From Marsupella aquatica (Eukaryota > Plantae > Marchantiophyta), in assembly GCA_973895155.1 (NCBI GenBank), contig OZ316892.1, positions 21,701,619-21,765,618 on the forward strand: 64,000 nt of DNA, in the 5' to 3' direction. Below the pieces are notes generated by a model. The model ran no database searches. It worked only from the letters and a program-made list of their open reading frames with translations, and was not told where the DNA came from. Made by a program: the position numbers and the translations under genes. Below are positions 51,507 through 64,000 of the stretch, in pieces (position 1 is the stretch's first letter; each line of letters opens with the position of its first letter).

Positions 51507-53899
51507 GCCTGCACCCTGCCTGCAGCTGTGCTCATCCGTGCTGAAACCCAACAATGGCCGAATGCGGAGATCCAAGATTGCAAGAGCTTGCAAGGCTATA
51601 CAAGTGCTCGAGGGGTTGAATTCTCAGAGGAACTCCAATTTCACAAAATTGAAGCCCATATGGATCCAAATCGCTCCAGACAGACTTTTCTCACTGCAGA
51701 GAACCCCTTTTCTGCTTATATGGTACATATTGCAGTGAAATGTGACAAGAAAAGCGATCTTTGGAAATTAGTAGATATTACAATTCTCAACGAAATCTCG
51801 CTGGAAATATCTTTCCAAGGTGCTGGGCCCAAGAAAAGATGATTCAGTTGGATATCAAGAGAGATTGTCTAAGAAAAAAGGCTAAAACATTTTGGTTATA
51901 TTATATAGCACTACCACAATTTTCCAAGAGGTCAAGTTAAGGGTGTATAATCATGATCATGCACGATCTAGAATGAAACCCCTACAAGGTCACCCTTGGG
52001 GCATAATTGAAGTTGGCGGTGTGGGTGAAAAATGGAGATTGGGGGTAGTGTGAGTCACTGAAATGGCGCAGCATGGGCTTCGAATACTGAGCGTGACTTG
52101 GATGCACTCAACTCTACTTTTGTTCAAAGGCGCGCTCTCAGGCTAATTGCTGAAACCTGTTTCGCGAAGAAAGGGAAATTGTTCACCCAATCTACAGTCC
52201 ATTTAACCAATTCAGCCAAAACAGGGAACCAAAAGTCTGTATATCTCGATTCACATGTGCAATAACTCATCTTGATCGTCCGTCTCAGAACGTCATAAAC
52301 TTCAAGACGATCCCTTCTTCAGCTCAAAATTACACAAAGCAAAAGTCTCGTTGATAGATCTATGAGTTTCGTCTGATTTATTGAACAATTCTTTAATTCG
52401 GAACAACGTCTCATCTTGAGTGCTAGCTTTAAACACAAAAGTTTGTACGTTCTTTGGACCGTGCCATGAAGGTCCTCTTCGATAATGCTTGGGTAACTTG
52501 GGTTCCCTTCAATGACATGGAGACTTCCTCATCCACGACAAAAAGAATCACAGCCCCCATAAGTCAGAATCCGACGGTGTTCCTAAGTCTAGGGTGATCT
52601 AATGGCCAAAAATCAATATAGGAAAGATAGATAAGGAATCTTCATAGCATCTATCCTTGACACGAGGTGACATTCCTAACCATAGCTAAAAACAAAAACA
52701 CTTAAAAAAATTACTCTGGTCACAAGGCCTCCCTTGTCTCACCCGACAGGAAGCTCCTCTGGGAGGGAAAAGTAGAGAAGCTGATTTGGAGGCAGGAGTG
52801 GCAGACCACGTGGTACACTCTACACCATCGCCAGTGGATTGTGGATTGCAATCTCTTGGCCTGGATTGCATGTTCATGAATAATTCAGCTCGCCCACCCT
52901 GGATAAGGAACCAGTTCAACATACCAAATTACTGTACTCTGCTCATCATCGTCAGGAGAAGCTCGAGAATTCTCCTTTCGCTTCTCGTCTCGTCAGCTCT
53001 TTCCTTTCCACGTGAGCCCAAAGGCTCCGTCATAAACACAACACCAATCTGTTACACAATACCAGCGCAGGAAATGGTGAAACCCGAATGGTGAAACCAG
53101 TTCAGCGCTGTCAGGATTCGAACCCTCGACCATCCATTACTCGAGTATACGAGACCGTCCGTCATTTCAGTTGAGGACAGAAACTCCACGTGGCATATGG
53201 TCTCCACCTCTCTGGCAGCTCAATATACTGGGTTACAATGCTGTGCAGCCCTGTAAACTGCCCAAAGATAGAGTACTTGGCCATATTGTTTTTGACGATT
53301 TATAGTGGTTCTTTATTTGCTGATTATAACCACCTTAAAATCCCTTCAAAAAAGTTCTCTTTATATTTTTCTGTATTTTATGGAAGAGTTAGTGCCCATT
53401 AGAGGCTCTCCCAGGGCATTTTGAGATTTGTCCTTGAGTTGTGTTGGTTACACTAGACACTCTGGCAGGTCTACATGCTGGGTTATGGTGCTGTGCAACC
53501 TCTAAACTGGGCAGAGAGAGACCACTGCAATGCCATCCTAATTTGGGCAGTAAATGAATACTCATTCCATTTTTGGACCTAATTAACTACATATTTTTGG
53601 GTCCTTGGGAAACCAGGAATATTCCTAGCAAGGTAAACTATTAGAGCCTCTCAAAGTTTACTTAGGGATGATGGGTTTTGGCCAAAAACAACTGGCCATA
53701 GCTTTTTCACAGGGTTGTGTAAAGGTATTAATATTTGTTTCACTAGTTTCTAGAGTGACTTATGGTCATGATATATGACCAATCTTTATGGAAAAAAGTT
53801 ATAGATCATGAATTTGGTGGTCCATAATTTTTTCTGTCCAGAACCTTGATGAACTACTGAGGTAAGGTCCATCCAATTTTGAAGTTTGAGACCCCCTAT

Positions 53900-55127
53900 T
53901 GGAGATATTCAAGTACGCTGTTGGGGACATTGAAGTGAGACCACCATTAGGGACAGTCAGGTCTATTATCCAAATTTGAGGTTTGAAACCTCTTATTAGG
54001 GACATTAAGGTACAGTGAACTGTGACTAAGTGTAGGCGCCTGCAAAGACACCACCAGCCAGCACTTATCCTTGGAATGCACTAAGCTACAAGTGCATGGG
54101 ACACCATTTATGCACTTCCTAATATCCATTATCTAATAAGTGTATGTGAAGTCACTTATGCACTTCACCTGTTTGTTGTCAGGTTACAGGCATAGAATTT
54201 GTCATGCCCAGAGCCCTCATTTTGCAGATTTCAATTGGATAAGTGCATGAAACTTCTTTGTGTAATTGTTTATTGCACTCATCAATAAATGCTCTTTATG
54301 TATATATTTTGCACTAATTGATAAATGCATGTGTATACTAATAATTGGAAATGGAATTCTTTGTTTATGATTTAATGTCAATATTTTGACGGTCAGTGAG
54401 GGTCATTTGCACTTATGCAAGCTACAATTTCTGGTGCATTTACAAAGAGAATACTTACAATATTAGGGGACAACATGATTGACCTATACTAATCCATGAA
54501 TGCACTTATCCATGTTGCACTTATACTCTGTTCAGTGTACTGTTGGGGACATGCAGGTGAGAGCCACTAATTAAGGAACTTCAGGTACACTATTGGGGCA
54601 TCTCAAAGTCTGGCTTTAACAAGATCAGGCCCTCCAGTATTAGTATTACGGGAGCTCCCGGAAAAGTTATGGGAGCCGATCTTCAACTACCATAAAGAAA
54701 GCCCACGGACTCAACACCTAACTCCGTAAATTTCTCACAACTTTAGGCCCAAATCCAAAAATCTCAAACTCAGGAGATCCAGAAAGTCACAACCAAAGGC
54801 ACATGGGTTTTGTGTCTAATGTGGTGATGGTTGTTACATTTGAGATGACGGCTGATCAAGAATGGAGGAAAAAATATATAGGCCATGAGACAAGGAGAAA
54901 AAAATAATAGAGGCCTTGAGACAAGTGGGGCCATAACTCTTATGGGGTGGGTCAATGCTACCTCCCCCACATTTTTTAAATTCAAGTGTGTCTGTCTCTT
55001 AACCATAGTTGTGAGATATATCACAAATACTTAATTTTCACCAGTTACCCAACTTTGAGAGGCGCCCTATTGGGGACATTTAGGGACACTAGTAGGGGAC
55101 ATTTAGGGACACTATTAGGGGACATTC
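53900..55127 (+). repeat. Degenerate TE-like repeat region with ggggacat and tgcacttat motifs
   Basis: Repeated ctattggggacat/tagggacact units (e.g. 55067-55127) and tgcacttat motifs shared with 38399-38770. Boundaries approximate. Confidence 0.55.
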
Positions 55128-55804
55128 ATCGAGTCCAGCGCCGAATCCGGCTCCAAGTCGATTCCACTCCTTTCGAGGGAAGAGCTCACGAACGATCTCG
55201 GGAAAGACATCGCTCGCGGCTGTCTCGTCTTCGTTGGTGGTGCGGTGGCAACACAGCCTCCGAGTGCGGTGGAGAGTGGATGCTTTCAATGTCCGCTGGT
55301 CGATTCCATTCAGGAACTGGGCGAAGATTTGGCGAATGGTGCGGCCACGTTTCCGGCACAGAAATTGCCTACTGCGGCCTACCTTTCGAGACGGATAATT
55401 TGGATCGAGGAGAATGTTTCATTATTGAAAGGTTGAGATCGCGCTGCGCCGATTCTTGATGCACAAGAAAGCGCCTGGCGTTGTTGGGCTGCGGCGGGCT
55501 GGTTGCGGTGATTTGTGAGAATCTGTACCTTGCATTCCGAGACCTTGCCGATTGGTGAACTCCGGATGCGGGTCTGGGATCGGAGTGAGAGAGAGAATAG
55601 AAAGAGCAGTGCGGGTTTGGAATGAGAGTTAAATAAGGCGAAGCGAAGCGGAGTTTCGGGGTTTTGAAACGATTGAATACTCTCTGGGTGAGTGAGGAAT
55701 TCTCTTGGGAGTTGTGGGTGGAAATTGGCGGACAGTCTTTGCCTCCGTGTCCAAGGAGGGCTTGGAAGAACTTAAGTGTCGTCGATTAGGGGATTGTTGC
55801 AGCG

Positions 55805-56641
55805 ATGGCTGCCGCAGCAGTCAGCTGCAGCCTCGTATCTCGAGGCTGCTGCCTGAACAACCAGGCTGTTTCTGTACAATCAGCAGTTGTCGGGGGTAGT
55901 AGCATAGGAAGCAAGTCCTTTGTGTGGGATCCCCTCCATAGACGGCATGCCCTGCTCCGGAGCAGCAGATCCGCTTATCTCTCTTCGTCCTTAGCTCCTT
56001 CCACTTCTTTTGCTTTCAGCCGAGATATTACTGAAACACGGAGGACTTCGGGACTAAAACTGGCTGCCCCGAGAGCGAGCAGGGGAGACGAGGAGGAAAC
56101 AGAGCATATGACTGAAATCACCGAAATTGAAGGTGAGGGCAGGTTGAATTCCAATGTAGAGAAATCTCCCGAGACCTCGCAAAGTGTGTGGTCTCGCATT
56201 CTAACATCCTCTGCGAAGCCGGCAGTAGTGGCGGTGATGATGGCGCTGCTTCTAGCTCAACCCGTTGAGGACGCGTTCGCGGCCAGTTCAGGCGGGAGAA
56301 TGGGAGGGAAAGCGTTCTCGAGCCCTCGTCCATCGGCCCCAAGCCGGTCTTACTCAGGAGGAGGTGGAGGAGGAGGAGGAGGTGGAAGAGCATACTCTGG
56401 AGGAGGAGGAGGAGTCTACGTCGCGCCTCCGCTTTACGGATCGCCCTACGGCTTCTCCCCGTTCGGCTACTCCCCGTTCTACGGCGGCGGCTATGGCGGA
56501 GGATTTCTCGGTCCTTCAATCGGCTTCGGTGGCGGGGGCACCATAATTCTTGCCATGATTGCGTTTGCGACCTTAAGGGCTGTCTTGGGCTTCGTCAGAG
56601 ACCGGTTTAGGGGAGATGAGGAGGACCGATTTGACGATTAG
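55805..56641 (+). CDS. Short DUF1517-related Gly/Tyr-rich membrane protein with plastid transit peptide (278 aa, single exon)
   Basis: Ser/Arg/Ala-rich N-terminus, then hydrophobic ...LLLAQPVEDAFA|ASSGGRMGGKAFSS. Gly-rich segment, YVAPPLYGSPYGFSPF, a second hydrophobic helix and an acidic tail. A-S-S-G-G-R-x-G-G is the recalled N-terminal motif of DUF1517/FLAP1-type proteins. Confidence 0.82.
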   Translation: MAAAAVSCSLVSRGCCLNNQAVSVQSAVVGGSSIGSKSFVWDPLHRRHALLRSSRSAYLSSSLAPSTSFAFSRDITETRRTSGLKLAAPRASRGDEEETEHMTEITEIEGEGRLNSNVEKSPETSQSVWSRILTSSAKPAVVAVMMALLLAQPVEDAFAASSGGRMGGKAFSSPRPSAPSRSYSGGGGGGGGGGRAYSGGGGGVYVAPPLYGSPYGFSPFGYSPFYGGGYGGGFLGPSIGFGGGGTIILAMIAFATLRAVLGFVRDRFRGDEEDRFDD

Positions 56642-58904
56642 AACAATTGTGGCTTTAAATTGAAGGATTGTACGTGTACGAGAGATCGGCGGAAGGTGCT
56701 CACAAATGACACCGCTAGTGTAGGGTTTAGTGAGAGGCACATCAGATTCCATCCGCCCGCGCTTGAAGAGTAATGCAATTGCGCTTTGGTTAGGATGAGT
56801 TTTGGTCTGCTGGTTTGAATTTAACTGTACGTATTGTATCATCAGTATATCTTTTTAGAAGTCTTAATTCAGTATTCTCACGGGAAGTTGTTGATTTGGT
56901 CTCGCCAGTTGACATGATGTCATTGTGCTATGGTCTATTTGAGAAATTTGACTGCTCTTCTGGAAGCGTGTCACGCTCTTCCTGTATCTACAGTATTGTA
57001 CTGCTGCTCCAGAGCTCCGAGACCGAACCCAGCTATCCGCCTGGAAGCATAGTTGGGACAGACGTCTTACCTCTGCAAAATCTCGTTAGTGCTGACAACA
57101 TTGAATACGGAAGTGGGAACGACTGGTCCATGGTACGAGGCCCATGGACTCGTGAGCTAATTGGTCTGCTGTAATTCCCCTGCTCAACACTGTTTTGCTC
57201 CATTTTTGCCATTCTGCAGTTCTCCGTTGTTCCGGACCTGAATGGAATTTCTGTAGACGACATGAATCGGTATCTCGAATTCTTTGTATGTCCTATCTGC
57301 CTCCAAGTCAGATAGTGGGTTAGTCTAGAGTGATCCGTTGGCAGTTTGCACGGATTGACGATCTCTTGCAGTCATTCGCGCAACTTTTTTCTCGATGTTC
57401 TCTGTTGTTTTGGTGGGGATGATAGCTCTTGTGAGGAAGATCGTCGGTTCTTCTCCACTGCATGCACACTGTGGTCTTCTAGTGCTATCAATTTCCGCCT
57501 CCGTAGCGGATTTTTGTACCAAAGGGCACGTTTTGTCCATGTCACACTCGGCAGATTTTTCCTGTCTTTGTCAAATTTAAGATTGACTAGTGGAGTGGAT
57601 GTGGAATCTACATCCCTATTGAGCCGTATTCAAGCTTTGAATGACTTGGGCAAGTGTGTCCAATGAGAAAAACTCTGGGATGTATTTTAATCAACGATAC
57701 AAGGATTTGGAGGCTTGGGTTGAGCCCGTGCAGAAATTGAGGGTCCTTCACCATGCAGACAAGGATCTTTGGCCGTTTGAAAACTGGGAATCACGGCTAG
57801 AGCTTTGCGTCAAATGAAAGAGAAGTTTCGTTTCTACGTTACAATTCATTTGGTGGATCAGAAGCGGACATTTTGATCAGTCTCTGTTCACGTGATCTTG
57901 GGATTTCCTTTATAATCACCATCATTTCAAAAATTGATGGCATCACATTCTTTGTGCCAAAAGCTAAGTCGTGTACAATTTGATGGCATTTACCGCAGTT
58001 TACCTTCGAATCGCGCAGGTACATAATTAATCAGATATGCACGACGTGACGGTGAACGAGACATTTTATGTCATGTTTTCGCGGAGCCTATCAGTTACTT
58101 GTGTCACTCTTAGGTACCTAAGCAGTGACGTCGCCAGTGTAGGCGAGACTAACAGATGCTGGGAGATTCCCACTGCCACCTTGCGGGACGTCCACCGATG
58201 CAACCCTTCCCCTTTACGCTGTTTCTAACACGTCAGGTGAGGAGAATTTGCCCGTCACAATTCATCATTCAACATAGATACTCCAAGTTTTCAGGGATGC
58301 AAAATGATTTAAAGGCGGAAAGTGAGAACAGGTTTTACTTGCACTGTGCAGTTCGAGTCCACGCTGTTGACAAACATTCTCAGTATAGGAGGAAAACGAT
58401 ACACGAAGAAAATCACGTCGAGTGTCTCGGCGAGACATTTTGGAGAACAGAAAGAAGCACAACTGAATGCTTCACTTGCGAACGCAGAAGTTCATAGCAC
58501 AGTTGGAAGCTGTCTTAAACTACGTTGTTTGCATAGCTGCAGTACCAAACTTACCAAGCTGGGGGGACTGGAAGCGTGTAGAAGTAACGGCCATGACTGA
58601 GATGGAACGAAGCAAAAACAGATGCAGCATCCAAAAGAGAGAACAAGGGATTCTATCAAAAACGTTGATAATCGATAAATGTGATCACAAATCAGCAAAT
58701 GGTAGGTTACGGGTTGCGATGTTGGCCAGTTATCAAAACCTTCTGTCTCAACCATGGTTGTGAAAGCAAACACCCTTCCAAACTCTACAGTAATTCAGGC
58801 AGCAAGATATGCACATTTATAGCTCATTTAATGCTCACTCTCAAAATGCCGAAGCGAAGATGGCCAGACGACGACATTCAACCATTGAACAATAACCTTA
58901 AAAG

Positions 58905-58958
58905 CCACTTGCTCAATCGGAGTGATAGTGACCACTTGCTCAATCGGAGTGATAGTGA
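58905..58958. repeat. 27-bp perfect tandem duplication in the methyltransferase 3'UTR
   Basis: ccacttgctcaatcggagtgatagtga x2. Confidence 0.9.
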
Positions 58959-58990
58959 CACTAGCATCAAAGTACATCATCATAATCCAC

Positions 58991-61562
58991 TTAAACTTTA
59001 CGAACAAAAGCTACTGTGCAAACACGGCTACCCTCCACACCTCCAAAGCGGAAAGTTGGATATGTTCGGACATGGTCAATATACTGTAAAACTGGACCAT
59101 GACATGTGAAAGAATTTTCCCAATTTTGAGCAGTTGGCTCTTTGTGCTCCTTCGCACCCGTTCCGTTTGATCTAAAACTCTCACTAAACATATTCACTTC
59201 TTCAACCAGCTCGTTCTTGGTGTTGTTACAGGATGTGATGACCTGTATTCCACCACAAACAAGTCTGTCAGAATCAGTATTGTATAATTTCAACAGTGAA
59301 GGAGGAAATTCGATTAGAATTTAAAAACCTGCTTCCTCAAGAGCAGGCAGCCATCAATACGGGACAAGGTACAGTGGCGTACCAGCACACCCCCAGGTTC
59401 TAGAAGTCTTGTTACCTCCTTCCAGTATATAAGCCTTCACACAGAATCCAAAAGCACATTCAATTAGATTCTCTGAGCTCACACCTTGCAATATTTCATT
59501 TCTGACGTGCAATGCGACAGCCTGCAAGTACAGAATTTACGAACAAATCATTAGATAGGAGATGATGCAGCACGTGGGTATTCTTTCTCACAGCTCACCT
59601 GTGGGCAGGCCCATCTGGATGCAGTCCAATTGCGTCTAATGTGCCCTTATCCGTTACCAGCTTGAACGTTTTACTTAATTTGGAGTCAAGTATATCATCA
59701 ACCTGGCACAGTGAATTTAAGGTAAAGAAAAGACTTCATCACACCTTTCTCTGAATGTCCGGCAATTTTAGATACCATCATACGCTTTAAATCGCAAACC
59801 AACATTGGTCAAAAGCAAAAATGGAAACCTGAGTACTACGACAAACATGAGAACCCTGCACTCGAGCTGTACAATCATACAAGAATATCGGACTATAGCT
59901 GTACCGGGGTCAGCACTACTGCACCTCCATAGATTGCAACGAAAACAATTTCTGCGTTACCCTTGTTTGCAAGGTATACACTTGCAATTCATTCTGATTG
60001 TCGTTAAAATAATCAAGTCCAGCAATTCTGTGATGGACAAATGTTTTCCAACCAGCTTTCGTTTGACATGCAAAAACGGTTCAGGAGAGACCATAAAATT
60101 GATGTTCGTGAACCCTTCCCGGTCCGACACTGCTCTGGCCAGCTCCACTGCTCTGGCCAGCTCCACTGCTCCATCACTGTAATCTGTTCCCGTCAGATCT
60201 GTGAACCTGCCAGTACCGATGGGTTAACCTTGCAGTTGCGAGACCCCTTCAGAAAAAATGCAAAACTTATTCGACGAAAAACCACAGTGGCACACCCACA
60301 CCGGAAACATGGCCGCAATGTAATTGGCAAATACCCTTGTCTTGATAAAGCATGAAGCAAGATCCCATTCCCCGTGCCGATGTCTAGGACATTCCACATC
60401 GCGAGGCCCTCAATTCCAAACCCTTCGTCACCTAGGCCCCTTTCTGTGAGACCAAGACCATTTGCAGATCCTTCAGGTAGCCCAGCAGCAACTACTAAAC
60501 ATATTCTCGCTGTCCAGGATGCCACAGTCTCCATCACATCCTCCCCAAACCTGTTCCCAAGGAACCCATGCTCAATATTTTAAGTGAGACTTTCCGAACT
60601 CTGTGCGGGTCCAACAAATCTCAGGACTATGGACAGAAAGTCGGGATAAAAGCGTTGGCCAAGTGGTATTTTTTACGTGCCCAATTTATTTTTCAAAACC
60701 CTACTGCGCGACATGGAAGACAATGTAACGCAGACACGAAGATATGGTCCATAATTCTTAGTTGTTAAAGACTCAACATGCAAAATGGAATGTTGGATGT
60801 GAGAGTTGCTGACCAGATCTCCCCAACATCGCCATTATCATGAAAATTGACCAGCTCATCTGCATATGCTGAATCCCAATGACTAAGCTGACCTAACATA
60901 GATGACTGCGTGTCCACGTCTGGCTCCTCTTTGTCTGAGCTGTTCCCAACCAACAGAAACAATGTGAGACTTTACACACAACATTCCGACATGGTGCATT
61001 ACCCCTTCAACTTCTGAAGCTAAGCTCAACTCACTGTCACCATATATAAACTCCGTACTGGACAATTTGTTTTAGATCAAAGCGCAAATAAAAGGGCAAA
61101 GATACTAAAAACATCAATGAAGGACGATAGATTGCAAAACCTCAGGAGAAATGGTGAACCACAAGAGCGACAAGCAAACATAATCATTGCTTTTTCGGGA
61201 CACTTATCGAAAACCTCGAAGCACGCGTTTTAGTTTTGACTCCGTAAAAAGCAAAAAATGTACTAAGTTCCACAATGCTGCAAATGTTGTGCCGCAAGCG
61301 CCGCACGGAAAGGCAATTGACCACACCTGTAGTCAGTCGGACGGTAATTAGCTGCAGCCATTGCATCCACAGAGTCTGAGTGACGCAGATCGTCACCATC
61401 TAAAGTACTCCCGTACTCGCTCTTCACGGACCATGAGTCTGCAGCCACTGATCGTTCGTCGTCTGAATAATGCGACGCGTCCACATCGCCTGGCCGCGAC
61501 ACATCTGCTCGAGTCTGCGCTTGATCGTTGCTCGCTTCCGGCGGCCACCTTAGTCCTGCCAT
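58991..61562 (-). CDS. Efm4/See1/EEF1AKMT2-like SAM-dependent protein-lysine N-methyltransferase, ~366 aa, 7 coding exons
   Basis: Exons 61562-61327, 60939-60814, 60550-60335, 60206-60092, 59702-59599, 59434-59383 and 59242-58991. Motifs AADSWSVKSEYGSTLD, WDSAYADELVNF..GEIWFGED, VLDIGTGNG, LTGTDYS, DKGTLDAIGL, VITSCNNTKNEL and YPTFRFGGVEGSRVCTVAF. Confidence 0.93.
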
Positions 61563-62706
61563 CTCCACCCCTCTCCTGGGCCACTGTAAATTTCAGTTCA
61601 CAAGTCCGTTCCAATGCTCTCAGAAGTAGATCTGCAGAACAGTCCTCGCGGCTGGCAAAGTAGGCCAAAACACTTCAGTAACCGCTGCTGAAAAAAATTG
61701 GATGTCGAAGAAGTCAATCGCCCAGTGCTATAATCGGAGCAGTCCCACTTGGGTTGCACTCCTCACGAAAGTAGATCTGCGGCACAAAGACAGGCTCAGA
61801 CTGATTTGTTCTCCCTCCAGCATATTGAACGGACAAAGAGGACCTTCGAAAGCGCCATATCTCTCTCGAACAAGCAGCTCCGCGTCGCCAGCAGGAGTTG
61901 CATCAGTTCCTCACTCGCTTTACTCCAGCAAGCTCAGTTTAATCATATCACTGACAAGATCGCCGATTTACATATTCTGATCAGTCATTACTACTCCTCG
62001 AGCAAGTGCGAGGTCAACGAAGACACCAGTGACTCTCCTCGCTGTTACCAGTTCCCCGAGCAAGGCACTCTCGCGCATTTCCACTCCGCCTTCGACACAG
62101 AACACTTCCCTTCTATTCTATTCGCTTCTCTTCTCTTTACAGTTTTCACGACAATGGGGGGAATCACACAAATCACTGAAAAGCAACAGAGGGGAAGGAA
62201 GCGGGCACCGGCGAAAAATGATTTTAAAATAAATAGTCCAGGACATTTACAAATTCTCCTCTTCACCCGCATTTTCACGAAAATGAGGGGATCTGGTAGA
62301 CGTGAAGGAAACAACAAAGAGAGAAGATCGAGCACCGGACAAGAATGTGATGCTGTGATACCACAGAGCTCACACAAATTGCCCTCCCCCTCCTCATCCG
62401 TCACTGCACTAAAGACTTTCCATCAGTCCAGACCGCCGCACCGTTTCTTCAAGATATCGCCACTTCTTAACCCTTCATAACCACTGTTTCCCCAGACAAC
62501 CTCAAAATCTGTCCGTCATTCTGCGGCTAGTCACGACCCGTACCTTTGCATCGAGAATCTCGGCGCATTTCCGTCATTCTCCCGACCGACTCTCTCCACG
62601 AGCTCCTCCTGCTTCATCAAACAAACAAACAAACAAACAGAGAACGTGCCCAACATCAATCACTAAACAAACGGAAGCAAAGTTGAACGGAAAATACAAA
62701 AAGGTA

Positions 62707-62900
62707 CCTGACGAAACCACGAAAAAGGTCTCTTAAACACTGATTGCTTCATAATCCTACCCCACAAAACGCGACGCCACGACGAGAAGCGAAATGCACC
62801 AAGCCAAAGCAGAGGAGAGGTGAGAAAAGGAGAGAAGCTGAGAGGAAAGCAGAGGAGAGAAGAGGAGAGGAGAGGAGAGCGCGCGGTGACGAGCAAACGA
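62707..62900 (-). promoter_or_regulatory. Probable CT-rich first (non-coding) exon/TSS region of the methyltransferase gene
   Basis: The minus strand is strongly CT-rich and ends in a CAG|GTACCT donor at ~62706. An acceptor tttacag| lies ~20 nt before the ATG at 61562. The pairing of these two sites is inferred. Confidence 0.45.
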
Positions 62901-64000
62901 AGGCGAAGGAAGGCTGACACACAAGACAGAGTCTCCCACTGCTCTTTCTCCCACAAGAGTCTCGCCCCACTGCTCTTTCTCCCACAGGTTGACCTCGGAA
63001 GGCGGGTGCGGCGGCAGTCCACCCGTGATCCCTCCCTCCTGTCCCGTCCCCAAATTCCAGTTTGGTTGTCTAGAAATTACACTGAACTCCACATATTTCA
63101 AACTGCCCAAATTCCAGTCCGGTGGTGTAGAAATTATACCTAACTTAGTATATTTCAAACTGCCAAAAAAAAGCAGAAGACTCCAATGGCCGAGACAAAA
63201 ACGCACAAGCAAAAAACCCAATCAATTAAAAAAAAACCCAATCAAGTAAAAAAATCCCAATCAAAGGACAACAAGGAAAAGACCAAAAAGCCAGACGAAC
63301 CAGGTGCCAAATTGGGAGACAATCAAAGGAGAACAAAGAAAAGGCCAAAAAGCCAGAAAAACCAGAGACACATAATCCTAACCATACCTATCTGCAAATT
63401 GAAGGACCTGGTAAAACCAGGCGTGAACTACATAGGATGGTAGAGCTCAATGGCATTTTTCCCTTTGTATGTTGTTGTATTTTTCTGTGCGTTCATGGAG
63501 AAGAATGCCCTATTAAGGTTGGATAACTTTTACGAAGTCTCTTCTCTGTCGTACTTAAATTAGTAAAGGTAAAATTTACTAGACCTTTATTGAGGTCCTA
63601 TTTCCAAAGCATTATGAGGAATAATAACTTCTAGAAACTAGAGTTTAGGTTATTTGGGGCATTATATCTTACAATACTCTCTAAACTAACATTATTATGT
63701 TCTTTGTGATTTCCCCTTTGTATGCATTGTTGGACTTAATAATATTTTTATGCACTACCTTTAGATTAATAAAAATAAAAATATATTAAACTTGTAAGCG
63801 TATTGGGTTTGGGTCAAAGTAGCTGACCAAATTTCACACAAGAGCTGACCAAAACCAAGAAGAAATAACAGGACCAAGACGCCCTACTGTAGTTGGGGAC
63901 TTCACCAGGGCCGCAGTCCACCCGCGATCTGATACCCGTGATCTGTATTGTACTGCGTATACTATTTCCCTTCGGCGAAGCCCTTTTCCCTGTAACTCTG

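Noticed and set aside
53100-53135. tRNA/SINE-like B-box (GGTTCGAATCC on the minus strand)
   Set aside because: The T stem is imperfect, and no A box or cloverleaf could be built.
61749-62480. 243-aa plus-strand ORF
   Set aside because: TTG start, no recognisable domain, and it lies antisense to the probable 5'UTR intron of the methyltransferase.

Overview
Eukaryotic nuclear DNA from a land plant. Gene content, GT-AG introns and long UTRs suggest a non-seed plant, possibly a liverwort; this is an inference, not a verified taxon. I assembled eight protein-coding genes by hand, seven spliced and all with consistent reading frames: MICU (mitochondrial Ca2+ uptake, -), a Ycf49/DUF2499-like plastid membrane protein (-), eIF3e (+), an IDN2/FDM-like zf-XS/XS/coiled-coil/XH RdDM factor (+), a PDF1-like secreted proline-rich protein (+), GET1/WRB (-; split into short exons and not evident from the ORF track), a single-exon short DUF1517-related Gly-rich protein (+) and an Efm4/EEF1AKMT2-like methyltransferase (-). 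There is also one tRNA-Thr(AGT). Mobile DNA comprises a degenerate Ty1/copia element with its 3' LTR, a related solo LTR with a 5-bp TSD, a Mutator-like foldback MITE, a hAT-like MITE and several dispersed repeats. Short tandem duplications are frequent. I found no clear-cut novel system. The best leads are (i) the RdDM gene surrounded by a foldback element, paired dispersed repeats and a 3' tandem array (possible methylation feedback), (ii) a Cys-to-Ser change in its zf-XS, and (iii) an in-frame TGA at the copia gag/pol boundary. Family assignments come from recalled motif similarity; no database search was run.
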